This document shows positions 1 to 9,254 of a stretch of DNA of 58,403 nucleotides, in pieces; positions within the stretch are counted from its first letter, which is position 1, and every line of letters begins with the position of its first letter. A program made the translations under genes and the position numbers. The stretch is from Acidimicrobiia bacterium (GTDB taxonomy: Bacteria; Actinomycetota; Acidimicrobiia; Spongiisociales; ZC4RG35). The notes beneath the pieces were generated by a model. The model ran no database searches and had not been told where the DNA came from. It saw nothing but the letters and a program-made list of their open reading frames with translations. The stretch is from contig JBHJOH010000053.1 in NCBI GenBank assembly GCA_050329955.1, positions 1 to 58,403 of the forward strand, read 5' to 3'.

Positions 1-234
1 CAACGTGTCGTCACCGCTGATGGCATCGATGGCTTCGCCCAGGAGGAGGGGTTCCTCGACGGTGATCCACCCGGCCGGGCGGTCGGCTCGATGGCGGGCG
101 ATCCGTTGCGCCATCTCGGCATCTCCCGGCTGCGCGGTGGCGAGATAGTGGACCGGCGCCGCCGTCGCCGAGGCCAGACGCACCGCGGCCGACGACTTGC
201 CGCTCCGGGCGCCGCCCGTCAGCAGCGTGAGCAT
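1..234 (-). CDS. cobU: Adenosylcobinamide kinase/adenosylcobinamide-phosphate guanylyltransferase (CobU/CobP), 3' end runs off the window
   Basis: Not in ORF track. Manual translation from ATG at 234 gives MLTLLTGGARSGKSSAA...YLATAQPGDAEMAQRIARHRADRPAGWITVEEP, with the GGARSGKS P-loop and the EM..RI..H...RP..W.T.EEP motif. Start overlaps the cobO stop. Confidence 0.93.
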   Translation of the reverse strand, partial: MLTLLTGGARSGKSSAAVRLASATAAPVHYLATAQPGDAEMAQRIARHRADRPAGWITVEEPLLLGEAIDAISGDDTL

Positions 235-812
235 CAGAAGTCGATGCCCTTCTTCGCGGCGATACCCGAGTCGTAGGCGTGCTTGATCTTCACCATCTCG
301 GTGACGGTGTCGGCCAGGTCGATGAGCGGCTCGGGGGCGTCGCGACCGGTGACGATCACATTCACCTTCTCGGGCCTGGTGCGGATGGTCTCGATCACCT
401 CGGCCGAATCGATCCAACCCCAGTTCATGGGATAGGTGATCTCGTCGAGGAGCACCAGGTCGTAGTCACCCGACCGGATCACATCCGCCGCGAAGCGCCA
501 TGCCTCCTGGGCGATGGCCTGCGACTCGGATATGTCGGTGGAGTCCCAGGTGAAACCGTCGCCGATCGCCCACCAGTCGACTCCGAGATCGCGTCCGATC
601 TTCTCCTCGCCGACCTTCCAATCGCCCGACTTCAGGTACTGGATGACCGACACCTGCCAGCCTCTCGCCACCGCTCGGATCATCGTCCCGAACGCCGCCG
701 TCGACTTGCCCTTACCGTCTCCGGTGTTGACGATCACGATCGAGGGCGCCCGAACCGAGCCCGGGTCGGGTCGTTCGACTGGTGGGGTGGAGACTCGGTC
801 TTCGGCGCTCAT
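234..812 (-). CDS. cobO: Cob(I)yrinic acid a,c-diamide/cob(I)alamin adenosyltransferase (CobO/BtuR)
   Basis: VNTGDGKGKSTAAFG, YDLVLLDEI, VTGRDAP and KHAYDSGIAAKKGIDF motifs. Start taken at MSAEDR (812). Confidence 0.93.
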   Translation of the reverse strand: MSAEDRVSTPPVERPDPGSVRAPSIVIVNTGDGKGKSTAAFGTMIRAVARGWQVSVIQYLKSGDWKVGEEKIGRDLGVDWWAIGDGFTWDSTDISESQAIAQEAWRFAADVIRSGDYDLVLLDEITYPMNWGWIDSAEVIETIRTRPEKVNVIVTGRDAPEPLIDLADTVTEMVKIKHAYDSGIAAKKGIDF

Positions 813-822
813 GGGTGTCCAG

Positions 823-1638
823 TCATGGGAGGGCGGCCATGCTCGCACCTTCGGCGCCAAGTCGGGAATCGCGCACGGGGATCACGACCACGCCCCCCAG
901 ACCGTCGTCGAGCACCCGGACTGCCGCCCCGTAGTGTGCACGGATGGTGCCTTCGGTGAGCACCGAACGCGGGGATCCTTCGGCCACGATACGACCGTTG
1001 GCGATCATGATGAGCCGGTCACAGAACTGAGCCGCCAGCGTCAGATCGTGGAGGGTGGCGACCACCGTGAGCTCACATGACCGCCGGATGCCATCGACCA
1101 GATCCAGGACCTGCTGGGCATGGCCCACGTCCAACGCCGCCGTCGGCTCGTCGAGCAGCAGGATCGGCGACGCCTGAGCCAGCGCCCGGGCGAGAACGGC
1201 CCGCTGCAGCTCGCCTCCTGACAGGGCCGACAACCGCCGGCCGGACAGCTCCGTCAGGTCGAGCGACTCGATGGCGTTGGCAGCAGCTTCGAGGTCGCTC
1301 CGGCCCTCCACCGAGAAGTAGCCGAGATGGGGCGAACGCCCCAACAGGACGTAGTCGATGACCCGCATCTCGTGGGGTACCTCCGGCCGCTGCGGGAGCA
1401 ACGCCACCTGCCGAGCCCGGGCAGCTCGGTCCATGGTGGCGAGGGGCCGGCCGCCGATCTCGACGTGTCCGGTGGCGGGGACCGCCCCCACCATGGCCTT
1501 GAGGATGGTGGTCTTGCCGGCGCCGTTGGGTCCGACGATTCCGACGAACTCACCCCGGGACACCGCCAGGTCGACGCCGGCCAACACGGTCCGTCCGCCC
1601 AGTGCCACCTGCACCCCACGCATCGACACGGTGCTCAT
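823..1638 (-). CDS. ABC transporter ATP-binding subunit (BtuD/FepC-like)
   Basis: C-terminal part of the 852-aa track ORF: Walker A GPNGAGKTT, signature LSGGELQR, Walker B LLLDEPT. Start MSTVSM overlaps the permease stop. Confidence 0.9.
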   Translation of the reverse strand: MSTVSMRGVQVALGGRTVLAGVDLAVSRGEFVGIVGPNGAGKTTILKAMVGAVPATGHVEIGGRPLATMDRAARARQVALLPQRPEVPHEMRVIDYVLLGRSPHLGYFSVEGRSDLEAAANAIESLDLTELSGRRLSALSGGELQRAVLARALAQASPILLLDEPTAALDVGHAQQVLDLVDGIRRSCELTVVATLHDLTLAAQFCDRLIMIANGRIVAEGSPRSVLTEGTIRAHYGAAVRVLDDGLGGVVVIPVRDSRLGAEGASMAALP

Positions 1639-2669
1639 ACGACCCCCCGGGTGGTCCGCAGCACCAGCACGAAGAACGGCGCCCCCAGGAATGCGGTGAC
1701 CACTCCGATCGGGAGTTCCGCCGGGCTCAGCACGGTCCGGGCCACCAGGTCGGCACCCACCATGAACGCTCCCCCGGCGATCGCCGCCAGCGGCAGCACC
1801 ACCCGATAGCTGGAACCGGCCAGCAGGCGGACGGCGTGGGGCACGATGATGCCCACGAAGCCGATCAACCCTCCCACCGCTACCGCCGCCGCCGTTCCGA
1901 GGGTGGCGGCCGCCACCACCGCCAGCCGCACCCTGGTGATCGGCACTCCCAGTCCGGCCGCCTCCTCGTCGCCCAGTGCCAACACGTCGAGCAGCCGACG
2001 ATGGAGGAGGATCACGATGGCACTCACCGTCACGTAAGGAAGGATGAGCAGCACCTCGCTCCACCCGTCGGTCGACAACCGCCCGAGGATCCACGAGAAC
2101 ACCTCCCGCACCGTCTCGGCGTTCCGTTGCTGGACGTAGGTCTGCAGGGCGGTCAGGAACGATGCCACCGCCACTCCCGCCAGGATGAGGCTGGTGGTCG
2201 AGCGGGTACGTACGGTCCGACCGAGCCCGTAGGTCATCAGCACCCCCACCACCGCACCCACGAAGGCGGCAACGGGTAGGAAACCGGATGCCCCCGACAC
2301 GATGACGATGGTGGCCCCGAGTCCGGCACCCGCCGCCACCCCCAACAGGTACGGGTCGGCGAGGGGGTTGCGGAACACTCCCTGGAAGGATGCGCCGGCC
2401 AACGACAGCATGGCACCGACCAGGGCACCGAGCACCACCCTGGGAAAGCGCACCAGCCACAGGATGTCGAGCTGACGTTCGTCGAGGCCGCTGTCGATCG
2501 ACACCCACGGCAGCCGATCGAGAGCCGCCAACATGGCCGCGCCCGGCCTGATCGCCGCCGGACCCGTCACGGCCGACGCCACCATGACCATGACTAGCAG
2601 CCCGATGGCGGCCAGCAGCCATGACGGGCGGATCCGGGTGGGGGCGGCGACAGGCCGGAGGGCGGTCAC
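1635..2669 (-). CDS. FecCD-family ABC permease (BtuC-like)
   Basis: RFPRVVLGALVG, QGVFRNPLADPYLLGV and FVGIIVPH motifs; many hydrophobic helices. Confidence 0.92.
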   Translation of the reverse strand: MTALRPVAAPTRIRPSWLLAAIGLLVMVMVASAVTGPAAIRPGAAMLAALDRLPWVSIDSGLDERQLDILWLVRFPRVVLGALVGAMLSLAGASFQGVFRNPLADPYLLGVAAGAGLGATIVIVSGASGFLPVAAFVGAVVGVLMTYGLGRTVRTRSTTSLILAGVAVASFLTALQTYVQQRNAETVREVFSWILGRLSTDGWSEVLLILPYVTVSAIVILLHRRLLDVLALGDEEAAGLGVPITRVRLAVVAAATLGTAAAVAVGGLIGFVGIIVPHAVRLLAGSSYRVVLPLAAIAGGAFMVGADLVARTVLSPAELPIGVVTAFLGAPFFVLVLRTTRGVV

Positions 2670-3676
2670 GTCGGGTTCTTCTCGTCGATCGCCCGGGAGA
2701 TGCCGCGCAGGAACTCGACGATGCGCGGCCCCCACCGTGATGACACGTCGGTGTCGAAGACCACCACCGACTGACTGCGAACCGCCGAGAGCCCGGACCA
2801 GCCGGGGCGTTCCGCCACCGTTGCGGCGGTATCTCCACAGCAGTCGGTGATGAAGATGAAGTCCGGATCGGCCTCGATGATGAACTCCTCGGACAGCTGC
2901 GGGTATCCGAACGCCTGACCGTCGGCATCGGCCGGGTCGGCGATGTTCTCCAAGCCGAACAGCGAGTAGAGATACCCGATGAAGGTGGTGGAGGTGACCG
3001 TGTAGAAGGTCGAGTCGAGCTCGTGGTAGTACGTGAGCCCCGTGTCGGCCTGGTCGATCCCGGCGAGCAGGCTCTCGACCTCGGCCCGCATGTCGGCGGT
3101 CGTCTCGGCTGCCTGCCGGGCATGGCCGGTGGCGATACCGACCGTCTCGATCTGGCGGTAGACGTCGTCGAGCGATGTGACCTCGAAACCGGCCAACTGC
3201 AGGGTGGGGATGCCCAGACCGGTGAGTGCGCCCACCAGGCCGTCGATGTCGTCGGACAGAACCACCAGATCGGGGTCGTAGGCTGCGATCGCCTCCACGT
3301 TGGGCGTGAAGCCGGACAGGTCGGTGACGGGGGCCTCGGCCGGGAAGTAGGAATACTCGTCGACCGCCGCCACCTGATCACCCGCCCCGACCGCGAACAG
3401 CATCTCGGTACCGCTGGGAGAGATCGAGACGATCGTCTCCGGCCGTTCCTCGATGGTGACCTCGCCGTTGCTGGCGGAAACGGTCACCGGGAACTCCGTC
3501 TCCGCCACGACGACGGTCGTCGGGGCGGAAGTGGTCTCGGTCGTGGCGCCGGTGGAGGCGACCGTGGTATCGGTGGTGTCAGTGATGTCGGCAGTGTCAG
3601 TGGCGTCGGTGCCGGCCGAGCCCATACAGGCAGCCAGGGTGATGGCAAGCGCTGCCACCCAAGCGGTTTTTCTCAT
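2666..3676 (-). CDS. ABC substrate-binding lipoprotein (BtuF-like, probably corrinoid)
   Basis: Lipobox LAAC, Thr-rich linker, IVSISPSGTEMLFAVG and PNVEAIAAYDPDLV motifs. GGAGGA RBS; directly downstream of a cobalamin riboswitch. Confidence 0.88.
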   Translation of the reverse strand: MRKTAWVAALAITLAACMGSAGTDATDTADITDTTDTTVASTGATTETTSAPTTVVVAETEFPVTVSASNGEVTIEERPETIVSISPSGTEMLFAVGAGDQVAAVDEYSYFPAEAPVTDLSGFTPNVEAIAAYDPDLVVLSDDIDGLVGALTGLGIPTLQLAGFEVTSLDDVYRQIETVGIATGHARQAAETTADMRAEVESLLAGIDQADTGLTYYHELDSTFYTVTSTTFIGYLYSLFGLENIADPADADGQAFGYPQLSEEFIIEADPDFIFITDCCGDTAATVAERPGWSGLSAVRSQSVVVFDTDVSSRWGPRIVEFLRGISRAIDEKNPT

Positions 3677-3721
3677 GACATCCTCCGTGTCAGGAGGATG
3701 AAGGGGTAGGTCGGCAGCTCC

Positions 3722-3862
3722 CTGTGCCGACGAACGGAACCTTCACCTCGAGGTTTGTTCGTCACCACCACGGAAGGCGACCTGGCTCATCCGCCGAAGC
3801 GGCTTCACAGTTGCGGGACAGCACCGGGTTCACACCGGACTTCGCTGCCGTGGCGGTCGGCC
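3722..3862 (-). ncRNA. Cobalamin riboswitch (compact form)
   Basis: Minus strand reads GAAGTCCGGTGTGAACCCGGTGCTGTCCCGCAACTGTGA...GAGCCAGGTCGCCT (B12 box). CCGCCACGG/CCGTGGTGG closes the aptamer and a GACGAAC/GTTCGTC hairpin follows. Boundaries approximate. Confidence 0.9.
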
Positions 3863-3932
3863 GCAATCGGCGGCCGGGGCGGAGGTTAGCGCATGGGAAG
3901 GTCGACGGGCCGAGACGCGGAGGGCAGAGGAA

Positions 3933-3995
3933 GGCGGAGGACGGAAGCCAGAAGCCCGAGGCCGGAGGCCCGAGGCCCGAGGCCCGAGGCCCCGG
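3933..3995. repeat. Intergenic heptamer tandem repeat (GCCCGAG-type)
   Basis: GCCAGAA GCCCGAG GCCGGAG GCCCGAG GCCCGAG GCCCGAG GCCCCGG. Confidence 0.8.
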
Positions 3996-4007
3996 TATCG
4001 TCAGTCG

Positions 4008-5663
4008 ATGACATCGCCTTCCATTCCCGCTACCGCTCTCGCCGACGAGTTCGTTGGGTTCCGCCTGGAAACGGAGCACGACTGGGCCTTGTGGGCTGGT
4101 GACCTCACCTATCTCGAGCGCTGGCCGGATCTGTCGGATGCGGGGCTCGCCGAGAGGCTCGAACGCCTCGAGTCGTTCTCCGAGCGCGCCGGGGTGCTGG
4201 CGCCTGAGAACCCACAGGATGCGCTGTTGCTCGAGACGATCGTGTTCACCGGTCGGTCGCAGGCGGCGCAGCTCCGTTGGCAACCGGAACTGGAGTGGGT
4301 GAACCATGCCACCGGGATCGTGCCTCAGATCTACACGTTCCTGCCCCGCTATCCGTTGGTGACCGCCGAACACGGCGAGCGCTACCTCGAAAAGCTGCGA
4401 GCGCTCCCGTTGTTCGTCGAGCAATGGACCGAGCGGCTGCGGGCGAGCGAAGTTGCCCCGATCGGCCATCTCGTGTCTTCGACGATCGCCACCGTCGACC
4501 GGCACCTGGCCGGCCGGTTGTCGTCGGGGCCGCTCGGTCGACAGCCGGCACCCGCGGGGATCGACGCTTTCGATACCGAGGACTGGGAGCGATCCGTCCA
4601 CGGACTGCTCGACACCGTGGTGGCGTCCGCACTCGACCGGCTCAGCTCGGTCCTCCGGGAACACACCGCATCGATCGCTCGCCCTGACGACCGGCCGGGA
4701 CTGGCGTATCTCGCCGGCGGCCGCGACCACTACGAGCGGCTGGTGTGGGCGCACACAACGATCGACGTGTCGGCCGAGGACGTACACCGCATCGGGCTGG
4801 AGCAGGTGGCACGGCTCGATGACGAGTACCGGTCGATCGCAGGACCGCTGATCGGTACGGACGACGTCGCCGCCATCTACCGGGCGCTCCGCAACGACCC
4901 GGCCCTGCACTACACCGACGTCGACACCCTGGTGGCCGATGCGTCGGCAGCGCTCGCCAAGGCGACCGCCGCCGTGGCCGACTGGTTCGGGGTATTGCCC
5001 CATGCCCCCTGCACCGCCAACGCCATCGAGCAGGGCGCCCTCGCCTTCTACTCCCGTCCGGCGGCCGACGGCTCCAAGCCGGGCCGGTTCTTCTTCAACA
5101 CGGCCGACCCGTCGATGTGGGGAACCTTCCAGCTCGAGGCCGTCACCTACCACGAAGGGGTGCCGGGCCATCACCTCCAGTTGGCCATCGCCCAGGAGGA
5201 CACCACCCTGCACCCGTTGCTCGCCGACTACTACGTGGCGGCCTACAACGAGGGATGGGGGCTGTACACCGAGCGCCTGGCCGACGAAATGGGCCTCTAC
5301 TCATCGGAACTCGACCGGGTGGGGATGCTCTCGGCGGACTCGATGCGCGCCTGCCGACTGGTGGTGGACACCGGCATGCATGCGCTGGGTTGGTCACGCC
5401 GGGAGGCCATCGACTACATGCTCGCCAACTCCCCGATGACCGAAACCCAGGTGGTCGGCGAGATCGACCGTTACATCGGTCACCCCGGGCAGGCTCTGGG
5501 CTACATGATGGGACGCCTCGAGATCGAGCGGATGCGAGCCGGCGCCGAGGCGAAGCTCGGCGACCGGTTCGACATCAGGTCCTTCCACGATGCGGTGCTG
5601 TCAACGGGTTCGGTGCCGATTTCGACCTTGCAACGGGTGGTCGACCACTGGGCCGGTAGCTGA
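4008..5663 (+). CDS. DUF885 family protein (putative zincin metallopeptidase)
   Basis: YHEGVPGHHLQ, AYNEGWGLYTE, RACRLVVDTGMH, EIDRY and PGQALGY motifs. Confidence 0.9.
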   Translation: MTSPSIPATALADEFVGFRLETEHDWALWAGDLTYLERWPDLSDAGLAERLERLESFSERAGVLAPENPQDALLLETIVFTGRSQAAQLRWQPELEWVNHATGIVPQIYTFLPRYPLVTAEHGERYLEKLRALPLFVEQWTERLRASEVAPIGHLVSSTIATVDRHLAGRLSSGPLGRQPAPAGIDAFDTEDWERSVHGLLDTVVASALDRLSSVLREHTASIARPDDRPGLAYLAGGRDHYERLVWAHTTIDVSAEDVHRIGLEQVARLDDEYRSIAGPLIGTDDVAAIYRALRNDPALHYTDVDTLVADASAALAKATAAVADWFGVLPHAPCTANAIEQGALAFYSRPAADGSKPGRFFFNTADPSMWGTFQLEAVTYHEGVPGHHLQLAIAQEDTTLHPLLADYYVAAYNEGWGLYTERLADEMGLYSSELDRVGMLSADSMRACRLVVDTGMHALGWSRREAIDYMLANSPMTETQVVGEIDRYIGHPGQALGYMMGRLEIERMRAGAEAKLGDRFDIRSFHDAVLSTGSVPISTLQRVVDHWAGS

Positions 5664-5677
5664 CGCCGGGCTGCTGC

Positions 5678-6829
5678 TCAGCCTGCGCCGAGCGTCGCTT
5701 CCACCTGAAGGGTCTCTTCACCGCGGATGAAGGTGAGCGTCACCGACTCGCCGGCCTGGAATCCCCGAATCTCGGCGGCGAGATCGGCGATGCCCGTCAC
5801 CGACTTGTCGTTCACCGCCACCACGACGTCACCGGCCCGCAGGCCGGCCTCCTGGGCGGCCGATCCCGGGGTGATGTCACCCACAACGGCTCCGGGCACC
5901 TCGCCCACGCCGGCATCGTCGCCGCTGATGCCCAGCAGGCCGGGGACGAACTGCCCGCCCTCCACCAGTGTGGTGGCGACCCGGAAGGCACGATCGATGG
6001 GGACGGCGAAGCCCACGCCGTCGTTGGCACCGGACTCCGAGTAGATGGAGACGTTGATTCCGATCACCCTACCGACCCGGTCGACCAGCGCTCCACCGGA
6101 GTTGCCCGGATTTATGGAGGCATCGGTCTGGATCATGTTCACCAGTTTGCCCTGGTTGTTGTCGAGCGGACGGTCGACGGCGCTGACGATTCCCGAGGTG
6201 ACGGTGGCGTCGAGACCCCACGGGCTTCCCACCGCAATTGCCAGCTGGCCGGGGCGGAGCGGTTCACCCACGGCGAGCGCCGCCGCCCGCAGGTCGACAC
6301 GATCGACCTCCAACACGGCGATGTCGTTGCCGCTGTCGGATCCAATCACCTCAGCCGGGATCACGGTCCCGTCGTTGAGACGGATGAGGAGAGAGGCTGC
6401 GCCATCGACGACATGGGCGGCGGTCAGGATCATCCCATCCGGGTCGTAGATGACACCGCTACCCACGCCGGCCGGGAACCCGGAGGCATCGAGCACCTCG
6501 ATCTGCACCATCGAAGGCAGCACCGCGGCGGCGATGTCGGCGATCGGTTCGTCGCCCGTTGCGATGGGAGGGGCGGTGACGACCGGAGGGGCAGGGATGT
6601 CGATCGGATCGATCACCACCGGAGCCAACGTGGTCACCGTCGTCGACGACGTGGGGACGACCTCGATCGCGGTCGGCTCGATACCGACCAGCGGCTCTGA
6701 GGACACCACCCAGCCGATACCCACGCCCGAAACGAACAGCACCATTGCCGCCAGCAACGACAGAAACACCCGTCCCTTCGGACGCTCACGGGAGGCTGTG
6801 GTGTCTTCCAACATGGGTGACTGGTACAT
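5678..6829 (-). CDS. Membrane-anchored HtrA/S1C serine protease with PDZ domain
   Basis: TM helix, LTAAHVV, DIAVL, QTDASINPGNSGG, C-terminal PDZ (SAAQEAGLRAGDVV). Confidence 0.93.
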   Translation of the reverse strand: MYQSPMLEDTTASRERPKGRVFLSLLAAMVLFVSGVGIGWVVSSEPLVGIEPTAIEVVPTSSTTVTTLAPVVIDPIDIPAPPVVTAPPIATGDEPIADIAAAVLPSMVQIEVLDASGFPAGVGSGVIYDPDGMILTAAHVVDGAASLLIRLNDGTVIPAEVIGSDSGNDIAVLEVDRVDLRAAALAVGEPLRPGQLAIAVGSPWGLDATVTSGIVSAVDRPLDNNQGKLVNMIQTDASINPGNSGGALVDRVGRVIGINVSIYSESGANDGVGFAVPIDRAFRVATTLVEGGQFVPGLLGISGDDAGVGEVPGAVVGDITPGSAAQEAGLRAGDVVVAVNDKSVTGIADLAAEIRGFQAGESVTLTFIRGEETLQVEATLGAG

Positions 6830-6874
6830 GACTCCCCTGTCAACAACTCGAGGACGAATCCGATTCCATCCCCA

Positions 6875-6907
6875 TCAGTATCGGACAATCGCTAAATCAC
6901 CGGTAAA
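6875..6907 (-). promoter_or_regulatory. Putative OmpR-family direct-repeat site and -10 element for htrA
   Basis: TTTACC-N5-TTTAGC-N10-TACTGA; same geometry as the site at 8050-8082. Confidence 0.5.
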
Positions 6908-8040
6908 GCAGACATGGGAGGATGGTCGGATCCGGTGCCCGCCCCCAGCGGAATCCACATGGCAACCACCGCTCCCCCACCCTTGCGCTTGACCGCGTCC
7001 AGCACGCCACCGTGCAGACGACAGATCTCGCGCACGATGGCCAGCCCGAGATGGCCACGAACGGCTCGCTCGCCACGGACGATGGCCGGATCCACGCCGG
7101 GACCGCGATCGAAGATGGCCACGAAGCCCCAGTCCTCGACCCTGCCGCTGACGACGGTGACCTGGGCGCCCTGCTCGGAGACATTGACGGCATTGTCGAT
7201 CAGGTTGCCGACCGCCCGGCCGAGGGCGGTTCGGTCGCCGAGAACCAGGGCGGGTTGGGCCATGACTGCGAGCGAGGCGCCGGCTTCGGAGGCGCGAGCA
7301 CCCAGATCCTCGGCGGACTGCCGGACCAGGACGGCCAGGTCGACGTTCACCAGCGTTGGTGCTCCCGCTTCCATGCGGGCGGCCGCCAACAGGTCGTCGA
7401 TCATCGCCGTCATCCGCTCGGTGGCGCGGAGGGCGATCGCCCCGGTTGCCCGCCAGTCCTGAACGTTCACGTCCGGATCACTCATGGTGACGTCGAGGTT
7501 CGATCGGATGATCGCCAGCGGCGTCCTGAGGTCGTGGGAGGTCTGGGCGAGGAAATCCTTCTGGCTCCGGAAGGCGTGATCGAGCCGGTCGAGCATCGAG
7601 TCGAACGTTCCCGCCATTCGTGTCAGCTCGTCGTCGGGGCCTTCCAGGGCGATACGGCGACTCAGGTCGGTGGCCTCGATCTCCTGGGCCACCTGCGTGA
7701 TGGTGTCGACCGGCCCCAGGGCCCGGGCGGCCACGAACCACCCCACCACCAGACTCGCCACGAACAGCGCTATCAGGACCACCAGGATGATAAAGGCGAC
7801 CTGGTTGAGGATCTCCTCCCGGACGAAGCTCTCGAACGTCCGGTACTCGTTCTCACCGAGCTTGAGCACGAAGTCGCCCACCGGAACGCCCACCACCACC
7901 CGTTCCGTGAGGCTGCGGATCTCGGTGAGGACCGCCAGGTAGATGAGGCCGAGCATGAGGCCGCCCACGCCGAAAACCACCCCGGAGGTCATGCCGGAAA
8001 GGCGGAACCGCAACGACTTGGTGACGGGAGGCAGATTCAT
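6892..8040 (-). CDS. HAMP-domain sensor histidine kinase (CutS-like)
   Basis: Two TM helices, HAMP (EGPDDELTRMAGTFDSML), H-box SHDLRTPL, N-box NLIDNA, DRGPG. Confidence 0.92.
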   Translation of the reverse strand: MNLPPVTKSLRFRLSGMTSGVVFGVGGLMLGLIYLAVLTEIRSLTERVVVGVPVGDFVLKLGENEYRTFESFVREEILNQVAFIILVVLIALFVASLVVGWFVAARALGPVDTITQVAQEIEATDLSRRIALEGPDDELTRMAGTFDSMLDRLDHAFRSQKDFLAQTSHDLRTPLAIIRSNLDVTMSDPDVNVQDWRATGAIALRATERMTAMIDDLLAAARMEAGAPTLVNVDLAVLVRQSAEDLGARASEAGASLAVMAQPALVLGDRTALGRAVGNLIDNAVNVSEQGAQVTVVSGRVEDWGFVAIFDRGPGVDPAIVRGERAVRGHLGLAIVREICRLHGGVLDAVKRKGGGAVVAMWIPLGAGTGSDHPPMSALPVI

Positions 8041-8049
8041 GGCGCCCCA

Positions 8050-8082
8050 ACGCTATCCGGCGATCGGTAAGGAGGGGGTAAA
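8050..8082 (-). promoter_or_regulatory. Putative OmpR-family direct-repeat site and -10 element upstream of the kinase
   Basis: TTTACC-N5-CTTACC-N10-TAGCGT, 9 nt before the ATG. Confidence 0.5.
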
Positions 8083-8088
8083 CAAGCC

Positions 8089-8769
8089 TCAGCCGGGTGA
8101 GCGCACGACGTAACCACGTCCAGCCACCGTTTCGATCACCTGGGGCTCACCGAGCTTCTTTCGTAGGTTCGAGATCGTGACCCGGACCGTGTTGGTGAAC
8201 GGGTCGGCCATCTCGTCCCACACGTGCTCGAGCAGCGTCTCCTGGCTCAACACCTCATCGGGATGGCGCAGGAAGTACTCGAGAAGGGCGAACTCCTTCA
8301 CCGTGAGCGACAACGCCACCCCGGCCCGCGAAGCCACGAACTTCACCGGGTCGAGCTCGATGTCGGCGAGCACCAGCACAGGGGGGGCGTCGTCGTCACG
8401 GCGCAGCAACGCCCGCACCCGTGCCTCGAGTTCTGCGAAGGCAAACGGCTTGACCAGGTAGTCGTCGGCACCCGCATCCAGTCCGGCAACGCGGTCCTCG
8501 ATGGAGTCCCGGGCCGTGAGCATGAGTATCCGGGGCCGGAGCGGCCCCAGGACCTCCAGGTCGCCGGAAGACAACCGGCGGGCGATGTCGAGCCCCGACC
8601 CGTCGGGAAGGTTCCAGTCGAGCACGGCCAAGTCATACTCGCCGGCCGTGAGCCGCAGCTCTGCCTCGACCACCGATCCGGCCACATCGACTGCATGCCC
8701 CCGTCGCCGCAGCCCACGAGCCACCGCGTCGGCTAGATCGACTTCGTCCTCGACAACGAGCAAGCGCAT
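8089..8769 (-). CDS. OmpR-family response regulator (CutR-like)
   Basis: LLVVEDE, LDWNLP, LMLTA, GADDYLVKPF. The C-terminus DPFTNTVRVTISNLRKKLGEP recalls Streptomyces CutR. Confidence 0.93.
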   Translation of the reverse strand: MRLLVVEDEVDLADAVARGLRRRGHAVDVAGSVVEAELRLTAGEYDLAVLDWNLPDGSGLDIARRLSSGDLEVLGPLRPRILMLTARDSIEDRVAGLDAGADDYLVKPFAFAELEARVRALLRRDDDAPPVLVLADIELDPVKFVASRAGVALSLTVKEFALLEYFLRHPDEVLSQETLLEHVWDEMADPFTNTVRVTISNLRKKLGEPQVIETVAGRGYVVRSPG

Positions 8770-8830
8770 CAGCGAGAGGATAAGCGGCGGGAAGGTAGGT
8801 CAGCAGCAGGATGCCTTCTCGCTGGGGCAG

Positions 8831-8954
8831 GTGAGGGGCGAGAAGCGAGGGGCAGTAGGGCTGCTGGCTCCTGGCCGGTAGGGAGGAACGTCGCAAGTCG
8901 CAAGTCGCAGGTAGCCAGAAGCCAGAAGCCAGAAGCCAGCAGCAAGCAGCCAGC
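8831..8954. repeat. Intergenic heptamer-repeat element with inverted arm
   Basis: (GTCGCAA)2, (GCCAGAA)3, GCCAGCA. GCTGCTGGCTCCTGGC can pair with GCCAGAAGCCAGCAGC. Confidence 0.8.
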
Positions 8955-8962
8955 CTCACCGC

Positions 8963-8989
8963 TTCACTGTCGCCGCGCTCGGCCGACAG
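8963..8989 (+). promoter_or_regulatory. Putative sigma28/FliA-WhiG-type promoter
   Basis: TTCA-N15-GCCGACAG, with ATG 7 nt downstream. Confidence 0.55.
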
Positions 8990-8996
8990 GTCTCTC

Positions 8997-9173
8997 ATGC
9001 CCGAAACGATCATCGTTCGTGAGTTCGACAGCTTCCGCACCTACAGCGGGTGGGTGATCAACCGGACCGCCGACACCGTGGTGGTGGCCGTGATCTCCGG
9101 GGCGACCGGAGAGCCGGTGGCCACGCTCATCCCGGCGGCGGCGATCGTTGCCGAGGTGCTTGCGGCGGCGTGA
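8997..9173 (+). CDS. 58-aa hypothetical microprotein (below track cutoff)
   Basis: MPETIIVREFDSFRTYSGWVINRTADTVVVAVISGATGEPVATLIPAAAIVAEVLAAA*. Strong GC bias at third codon positions; fills the intergenic gap; promoter-like motif upstream. Confidence 0.7.
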   Translation: MPETIIVREFDSFRTYSGWVINRTADTVVVAVISGATGEPVATLIPAAAIVAEVLAAA

Positions 9174-9254
9174 CTCCGCCCTGCCGGTCGCGATAGTCGG
9201 CACCCGCTCTCTCCCGATCTCCGCCTAGCCTGACCACATGCTCCCGGGCCCGCG

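Noticed and set aside
823-3381. 852-aa ORF as a giant ABC fusion
   Set aside because: Only the last 271 aa are ATPase; the rest is an off-frame overlap of the permease and binding-protein genes.
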